A DNA stretch of 64,000 nucleotides from Klebsormidium nitens. Its lineage: Eukaryota; Plantae; Klebsormidiophyceae. A model generated the notes under the pieces. The model saw nothing but the letters and a program-made list of their open reading frames with translations, searched no databases and was not told where the DNA came from. Shown one piece after another: positions 56,446 through 64,000 of the stretch (its first letter is position 1; each line of letters starts with the position of its first letter). Both the position numbers and the translations under genes were made by a program. Where the stretch lies: contig DF237069.1 in assembly GCA_000708835.1 (NCBI GenBank), forward strand, positions 124,001 to 188,000. The letters run 5' to 3'.

Positions 56446-58002
56446 GCCCCAAACCTGCAGAAAAATCAGGATTCTCTGCAGTGTGAGAGGATACGCAGTG
56501 CTGTTGACCACACTGTGTTGAACCAATGAGGCTCTGATTCAGTTGCACTTCAACCAACCGGCATGCCTTCCAAACAATGCATGTATAATGAACGCTTCTC
56601 CTTGTAAGAAAATCGAAAACTCCCATTGCAGCAAATGCAAATTCCAGCTTCAATCTTGAAGATGCCATTTCTGGTCCTGAGAGGCCTTAAAGACGCAAAA
56701 ACGTTCAAAGCATGTTCACCTGCATAAAGGTGGCTACACATTGAATCTCAACATGACATACGCAGGCACAAGGCTTCTTCCAATTGTGAGGTAGACAAAG
56801 GAGTCTGGCGGTATGTTTGACCTTTTCTGCTTTCAGCGTAACGAAGGTCTAGAGCACTTGAGGTTTCATAATACTTTCTGATGGATGCGGTAACTTGCTC
56901 TCAGAAGATTGGAAGTAAGAAACTTGAGAATCACAGAGGTATGCCGAAATGCAGGACATGCAAGGAGCCCTGCTCATGCAACCCTCGTCCAATCCCCCCA
57001 TGTACAAAGCCTCCAAATATCTGGTGAGAAGATGACACGGGGAGCAAAAGCTTCTCCAAGGGCGGCACTTACTGTAAAAGGTCTTGTTTCATATGCCTCC
57101 TTCTCTTCACACTCCTTCCTGCTTGCTCATTGTGGCTACTATGGACAGACCGCCCTACAAGGATCAGCCAACACCTTCTGTTTGCACGTTCTCAAGGTCC
57201 ATCTAACCCTGGGCAAGAAGGGGAGCGCGAAAAAACGTTTTATATCGCAAGGCAAGCAAGCCTGTCAGCAGATGTTGGCTGCCTTCCCGCAACCGCCACT
57301 TCCTCTATTTAGCTGCTTGGGCTCGTTCAAAGGTCCAATTGTTTCTCATTACTCTCAACCCTTCTCAAACTGCGACCCACGGTCGAATAGCACTGCCACT
57401 TCACAAGGAGGCGCCATGATGTGCCTGTCAGGACACCCTTCCAGGTCAACTGAATTGTGAGATTGGTTGGCCCTGCAAACCTAGGTACCTGCTTGAACTT
57501 TGCTTGAACTTGAAGTTGCACCAGTTCAACTTCATCTTCCTGGACCCTGGTTGCCTTGTCACGCTTGTGCTTTGTATTACCGGTACCTACCTACCTACAT
57601 ACCTAGATTGGCGGACTAAATGGCGTTGCCACATACAAGTCAATGACAGTGGTGTAAATGACCCCGGGGAGCCGATCCGGGGCTACTTATATTCAGGTGG
57701 GAATGCACAGGAGCCCATGCCCCGGGGAATTCAATAGCAGTCCCCAGCTGGCTCCAGCCTGAATATGAAGGAGGGCTCCGCTCAATTTTGTGACTGCACA
57801 GAATCTAGCTACCAAATCACGGTAGGTGCAAAATCACGGTCCGGTTTGGAAAGGAAGGGGGAGGAGTCCGAGGAGAGCGCCTGCCTGGAAGCACACTTTT
57901 GAAGGGACAGAAGAAGACGAAGCGTCCGAGCAGACTGGCTGTCATACGCTGATCGAGTTTCCTCTTTGGTGCCTCTCGTTATTGTATGCTGGTGCACTCA
58001 AA

Positions 58003-60228
58003 ATGGCCGGACCAACAGTGCTCCCAATGCAAGTCCTCAACCAACTTATGGACAATGGACTATTTGATACTCTTCGAAAAAGCATCACAGCCGAACTTGA
58101 AAGCAATGTAAGCTGCCATCCACCTTTCACCCTTGCACGTTTTGTTTTCCAGGCTTAAGCAGACTCGGCTGGGATGCAGTTGCGATTAAGAGAAAGTGAT
58201 TGTTTCTTTGAGAAAGTCCGTAACAGAAGGATAATGTTTTTGGACAGTGCTCTTATGATTGTCTTGGTTCAATCCTGTGGCTGCTCAAGGATAGTAATTA
58301 GCAGTCACGTAGCACTCTCTGAGCAAGTCAAGAAACCCATGCAGATGGAACTCAAGAAGTTCACCACTGCAGAGGTCGAGAGAAGTCAAGTACTTCAGGC
58401 TCCAGGGGCTGAGAGAAGGTCACGAAGGGAGCTCTTTGAAGCTCTTAGAAGGGAACTACAGTGAGTAGGCCCCTTGACTTTGCACTTGGTGGCGGGATTG
58501 CATTGCAGTGGACTTGTGAAGCATCATCAAAAGTTTCCTTCAGCACCATCCATAGGTTGTCGTGGTTACTATAAACAAATTCCTGGTGAAAAGGAAGCTG
58601 TTTTCTGAGTCTGCTATTCCATGATCTCGATTTCCGATGCAGACGGGCCATCCAGCTTTCTTGCAGTCTGCCCACCCAGTTCCCGCAGCAAAACTTGACA
58701 TGTACTTTTCGACTCTCTTTTGTCCTCTTGCAGGAGCAAAGTACTGGAAAGGGCTTCCGAGGCAGCCTGGAATGCGATCCTCTCAAAAGACAGTGTTGGT
58801 CGTCAGATTGAGGAGCAGGTGGAGAAGACGTGGTGGGAACTCAATGGCTGGGGAACACCGCCTGAGCGCATTCAACCCCCAAAACAGAAGCCAGCAGAAG
58901 AGAAACCTCTGGTTGTTGTTGAGCACTCAGCCCCTTCATTGACCAATGCGTCTGGCATTGGCAGCGGAACGGCAGATGAAAGAGGCCCTGATGCGGTGGG
59001 AGCTGCAGACCAGCCAGAGGCCGCTGCTCAAGTGACACTAGGTGCCGGAGCAGCACCTCGAGAGGCTTCACATTCCCTTCCAGAGGAAGTTCAGTACGTG
59101 CCTCTTAGAATGGACTTGGACCAGGCGCCAGGGGAGGGGACTGAGGGTGGTGCACCTCCAAGCAGCGGGGTTCTTGTGGCCGAAGTTCGCACTGCAGGGG
59201 GAACAGAGTCAGAGGGGCAGTCGCGCCTTCTTTCAGATGCACCGGCAGAGGCGTTCGGTCAAGTTGGCGTCAAAGCAGCTGCAGTGGACGATCCGACATC
59301 CATCGCCGCTGAGCCAGCAAATTGTCTTGAAGGGGAAGCGACACGGGCGGCAGCCTTTGTCAGGATGCAGGATGGGTCAGAGCCGCATCTTGAAGCCCAG
59401 GAGGGAGTCGTCAAGCAAGATGATCCATCCCTGAAAGAGTCGGAGCAGGAACATGTGGGGAGTCGTCTCATGGACGGGCCTGGAGGGCTAGTTGAAGAAA
59501 AAGGAGAGACGCATGGTCAGAACACGGAAAGCTCAGTGGAAGGGAATGTTGAGGAGAAGGGGGACAAATCTGGTGCAGAGCAGATTGTTCACAATGAGGT
59601 CCAGCCTTCCAGCATGGAGATCGCAGCGCCAGGTCTTGAACTTGAAGCAAGCAAGACAAGAGATCCTCGCAGAGCAAGAGGAGGAGACCGGGATACAGAT
59701 GTCCAGTTGCATCCTAGCATAGGGTCGGAAGCAACGGAAGAGTTCGTTTCTGGTACAGGGCCAGTTGAAGGATCAGCAACGCCATCTTTGGTACCCTCAA
59801 GCAAACCAGAAATTGTTAGCAGCCCAATTGAAGCAGACGTCGAGATGACGGAAGCCACTGCGCTGGCCGATGTTTCGAATGCTGTTGAAGCTGGTCAATT
59901 GCAGACTGGTGGGGATTATGTGGAGGCAGCTGCTGATGGTATCCATCCATCAGTGGGCGGAAAAAGGGGCGTCGAAACAGAGGAGGAACAAGCGGGAAGA
60001 GGAACGGAGGAGCAAGGGGCCACAGAAGCGATAGGGCAGCTGGATGGACGGGCGAGACTGGGAGGGGCAGGTAGCGAGGTGCAGGTTTCGGGAGGGCTAG
60101 GTGAGGTGGAAAAGCCGGCAGGGTCTTCAAACAATCAAGAACAAGGGGTTTCAGAGATTGGGGCAGCACCTGTCGGAGCGTTGATAAGTGAACCTCTGAT
60201 CGAACCCCAAACAATGGAGGAAGGATGA
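58003..60228 (+). CDS. Shg1/BOD1-domain protein (COMPASS-associated-like) with long acidic disordered C-terminus
   Basis: Exons 58003-58107, ~58320-58460 and 58733-60228 give VLNQLMDNGLFDTLRKSITAELESN...VERSQVLQAPGAERRSRRELFEALRRELQSKVLERASEAAWNAILSKDSVGRQIEEQVEK. This resembles plant BOD1/SHG1-domain proteins as recalled. Confidence 0.72.
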
Positions 60229-61292
60229 GATTGCTCATCCAACTTGTTCGATCTCGGTTGCCAGACCTCCATATTGAAGCTTGCTTCTGGATTGGAGTTG
60301 TATTGCTATAAGTCTCAAATCTGATGTCAATGCAGAACTTATCCCTAAGGGGCTCTTGATTCGACATGAAGGAGTGCTTCAATTGCAGGCTTAAATCAAT
60401 TGACGACCTGAGATGTTGCATACATATCTATACTGTGATCCAGGTTTTGGCAGGTTGTTGATGTGCCAGCGCTTATCATGCTCGCCTCGCCGGACGCCCC
60501 TTGCTTACATGATTACACGTTCGTCTGAAGAAGGTCGATCAGAGTACTTAGCTATACAAACGACGCGCATTCAATAAACTCAAGCACGACTCGCTGGCTG
60601 AGAATTATACTCACGCGCGACGGTACGTACCTGGCACGCCTAGATCTATGCGGGCATGCGCCTCATCCATTCTAATCGAAATTGCAAATCGAACCCGCGG
60701 CGCACACATCAAGCACTGAAATTCACGCGTCTCATGAGCAATGATCTGGACTGGCCGCGCGAATGGATGGGATCAGTTGGACATACATGACGGCCTCGCA
60801 ACTACAACCTTGGCATCCTGTGGTTGCACATGCTCGACAAGTGCCAGACAGCTGTAGCTCCTATAAAGACAGCTGACAGTTGCCGCCCCTCCTAGCTACG
60901 AGGACTACCGCTGCTTATCGTTCAGTATCAAACAGTTTCGTTGACACTTCCTGCATGTCACATGCTCAGCAAAACGGCGTGCTTCATTCGCAGAGGAAAC
61001 TGCATCTTGCCACGGTGGCTTCAAACATCGCATGTCTGGACAGAGATGCATATCTTACAATTCGTATATGGCACGCTTCGAACAGGGAGCAACCTTGACG
61101 GTCGATGCTGCCAGAGCAACTGCACTGACCACGGTGTTTCCTTCGTTGGCTGCTCATTTCTACCATGACTCAGCACGTATAAGGCCAAGCTGCTATTTTC
61201 AAGGCCTTGACAGGCGGCCGAGGGAGTGTCTGACCAGCTGCCAGCTCCATCCCTTCGACACAGCCGATTTGGGCAGGGATTGCACGCTGTCA

Positions 61293-64000
61293 TCAGGTAC
61301 CTTCTGAACCGAAGTCTGCCGACGCTCTCGTGCTCCCGTCCCTCGCTTCGTCGGATCCCTTCGTCCCATTTTCATGCGCCGTATTTAACGCACCCTCTAC
61401 CTCTGACCGTGCCGCATCTAACGTCTCATCCTCCGCCACTTCCTGTCCCTCCTTCGAAGCTTCGCTCAGGCCTCCCTCGCCACTTTGCCCCCGTTCATCC
61501 TGCCCATCCACGCTACCTACGTATGCCCCGAGTTGCGTGCTGCCGAAGGCGTCTCCTTCCTTGGCCTTCCGGTAGCTAATGTACAGCAGCACCTGGATCA
61601 CGCTCGCAAGCACGAGCCAGGCCGCCTTGCCGAGCCGCGCGCGCGCCTGGTGCGACCACTCGACGACCGTCACTGTGCTGATGGGCAGCGGCGCCTTGGT
61701 GAAGAAAGTGAAGTAGAGCATGACTGCGATAGGAGTCAGCAGCGGCAGCAGGCGGTACAGCGGGAACGAGGGGGGGTGCACGAAGCGGCGCTGCCGCACG
61801 GCCTGCTTGCTGGAGACGTTTTCGAGGAGGATGGCGGGCCCGGCGACTCCGAGGAGGGGCAGCACGGTGAGGGCGTAGAAGAAGTAGGAGAACCAAGACG
61901 CGATGCGCAGCAGGCGGAGGCCGGGGTAGAGCGCGACCAGGGTGAGGGGGTTGATGCTGGGACAGAGAAAGGATGGGGCTCAGAGAGGACCTTACGAGAA
62001 ATGCAAGTAGGAACGCTGGTGGAGTGAGGCGCGTCGTAAAGTAGCGCACCCCAGCTGCGCACTACTGAGGAGCGACACAGCTTCAGAGGCGCCGACAACC
62101 AGGGAGGATTGTTGGTGTAACTTGTGCAGGCTAAGGTGGGGGGACTTGTCGTTTTCCTTCCATTACTACACGGACTTCTGTGAGAATATGAATGCGGCCA
62201 ATATTTCAATATTTCAGGCGGTCAAAGATTCTACAATCGTACCTTTGCTCTGGCGTTCTGAAGAGGACGACCAGCTGCACCTTATCCATTTTCTGCAAGA
62301 CTTATCTCAATCCGGTTTATGAGGCTTTCTGGTACCCTTCCTCTTCACTGGGGACTGCTCTGATTATGACTGACCGCCATGTTTATACGGGGGCCCTGGG
62401 CATCTGTAAAAAGTCGCGTTTGACTTTGTAAACAGAATTGACCACGCAAGTCTTACTGTGAACGAAAGAAGCTGGTACGCCTGGTCAACAAGAAACTTCT
62501 GGGCGGAGGTATCGGTTCATGGCCCTACGAGGATAGCAATGCAGTGACTGCCCCGGCTCACCGGTTGAGGATCTTCATCTCCTGGATGAGCTCCAACTGG
62601 CGCGTCCTGGTATCATCCAGGAACCTGTCCCCTTCCAGGCCTGCGTACACGACCACCAGCAGCAGGGGCCAGTACACTTTCAGCTGGGTCATCGCCAGGG
62701 GCCGCGCGTGCGCCCACCAGTCCCGCAGCGTGTCCCGTATCCGCACAGGCCGGTGTGAGAGAGTGGCAGCAACAGTGCGTGTGACGGCCGTGATAGACAG
62801 GCCGGTGGCCAGGGCCAGGTAGCTCATGTTGAGCAGCAAGAAGGCAAGGGCGGTGAAGACGGAGAGCTTGTTGACGATGATGAGAGCGGGGGGGTCGAGC
62901 GCGCGAATCAGCTTCACGGTGGCCACCTGCCAGCAAAGGCACAGCTCGGTAAGGAGCCGACTTGGCAATATGTTCGATGTGATGAATGGCCTCATCAAGA
63001 AACACTAGCTTGCATATTGGGAACAAGATCCATGTCTTTTCTGCCATTTGACAAGAGGCTCAGCTACTTGACCTGAGGCACACTGCCTCAGTAAGTCGGG
63101 GGGCGGCTAACCTGTATCATTTCCTGGATAAACCACAGGAGCGATTGCAGGAGAATCAGGCCCAGGGCATAAACTGGCCCCATGCCAAGGAGCACTCTGA
63201 AGGATGCCGGCAGCTCCCCCAGAAAGCCAAAGTCTTTGACTGCCTCCTTCCCGATGAACCTGCGATTGCAACACTCATCAAGGGCTACCAACTTGAGCGG
63301 CAGAGTAACGCGTGCTTAAAGGTTCATTCCAGAGTCCATATAAAATTGCCACTCTACCAATGTGGACTTACATCAGAATTGCAAAGAGGCAACCACAGAC
63401 AAGCTGCCGCTTGCACCACCCCGCCATCAAAAAATTCCGGGAAATTGGGCTGACGGGACTCAACACATAGATAAAAAGCCGGACCAGTGCTTACCTGTCC
63501 TTCAGGGAGGTCAAGACCCCTCGATTCTGTCCGCCAGCAGCCGAGGGTGTGTTCTCATCTCCAGGCGCGTCATTTTCGGATGTTGAAGTTTCGGGCTGCT
63601 CCAAAGCGCCCTGACGCGATGATGAACAATAATTGTTCAGCCCCACAGCAGTCACGTCACACTATAGTAAGGTGGTCAAGGCCCTTAAGCCCGATTGCAA
63701 TGAGACAGGTAGTCGAGAGCGAGAGAGAATGCAATTGCATGGATCTTATATTGCTCCACTGATGCAGAAACATACAGAGAACTTAAAATGGTACACTATT
63801 ACCACATCTGGACAAAGAGACAAGGCAAAGTGACCATAACTTCCAAATCAAACATCAAATGATTAATTTGTGCAACATGCATCAACTGTAAATAGTGGTG
63901 GTCAAACGCAATGTGGTCTGCCCACCGTGTCCGAGGACGGTGTGGAGGCAGCCCCAGCCGCCTTCAAGCGCCTCCTTCCGGTGGTTTTGCTTATCTTTGA
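61293..64000 (-). CDS. Uncharacterised multi-pass membrane protein, possibly plastid-targeted; 5' end lies outside the window
   Basis: Five phase-compatible exons (64000-~63926, ~63610-63497, ~63270-63110, ~62930-62562, ~61960-61293). They encode a Ser/Thr/Arg-rich N-terminal part, then about 6-7 hydrophobic helices (MGPVYALGLILLQSLLWFI, LSVFTALAFLLLNMSYLALATGLSITAV, VYWPLLLVVVYAGL, IASWFSYFFYALTVLPLLGVAG, LLPLLTPIAVMLYFTFF, AAWLVLASVIQVLLYISY). Confidence 0.75.

Overview
This is eukaryotic nuclear DNA, not prokaryotic. It is gene-dense and intron-rich, with GT-AG introns and GC-rich exons. The proteins look streptophyte-like, so a charophyte alga such as Klebsormidium is inferred, not proven. 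I reconstructed 12 spliced or single-exon genes by hand: a GDAP2-type CRAL-TRIO 3' end, an F-box/LRR protein, an NYN+LOTUS RNase, an APE2-like endonuclease, a MUS81-like nuclease, SCO1, RNF113A/Cwc24, PRMT3, a SAFE1-like SET protein, ClpD, a GATA-WRC-RING protein and a Shg1/BOD1-domain protein. A 13th gene, a 5'-truncated multi-pass membrane protein, runs off the right end. There is also a 752-bp non-autonomous TIR element with a 7-bp TSD, several local tandem duplications and a 352-bp N gap inside a ClpD intron. Two genes stand out. (1) 17748-24458 is an 8-exon, ~1345-aa MUS81-like nuclease: HhH-like domain, winged helix, SWIM finger with an inserted UBA, catalytically intact ERCC4, two B-boxes, then an apparent second, EME1-like inactive ERCC4 domain. 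It is a candidate single-chain MUS81-EME1. (2) 50969-56445 is an 8-exon, ~1144-aa GATA-WRC-WRC-coiled coil-RING protein. Homology calls come from motif recognition and recalled family sequences; no database search was run.
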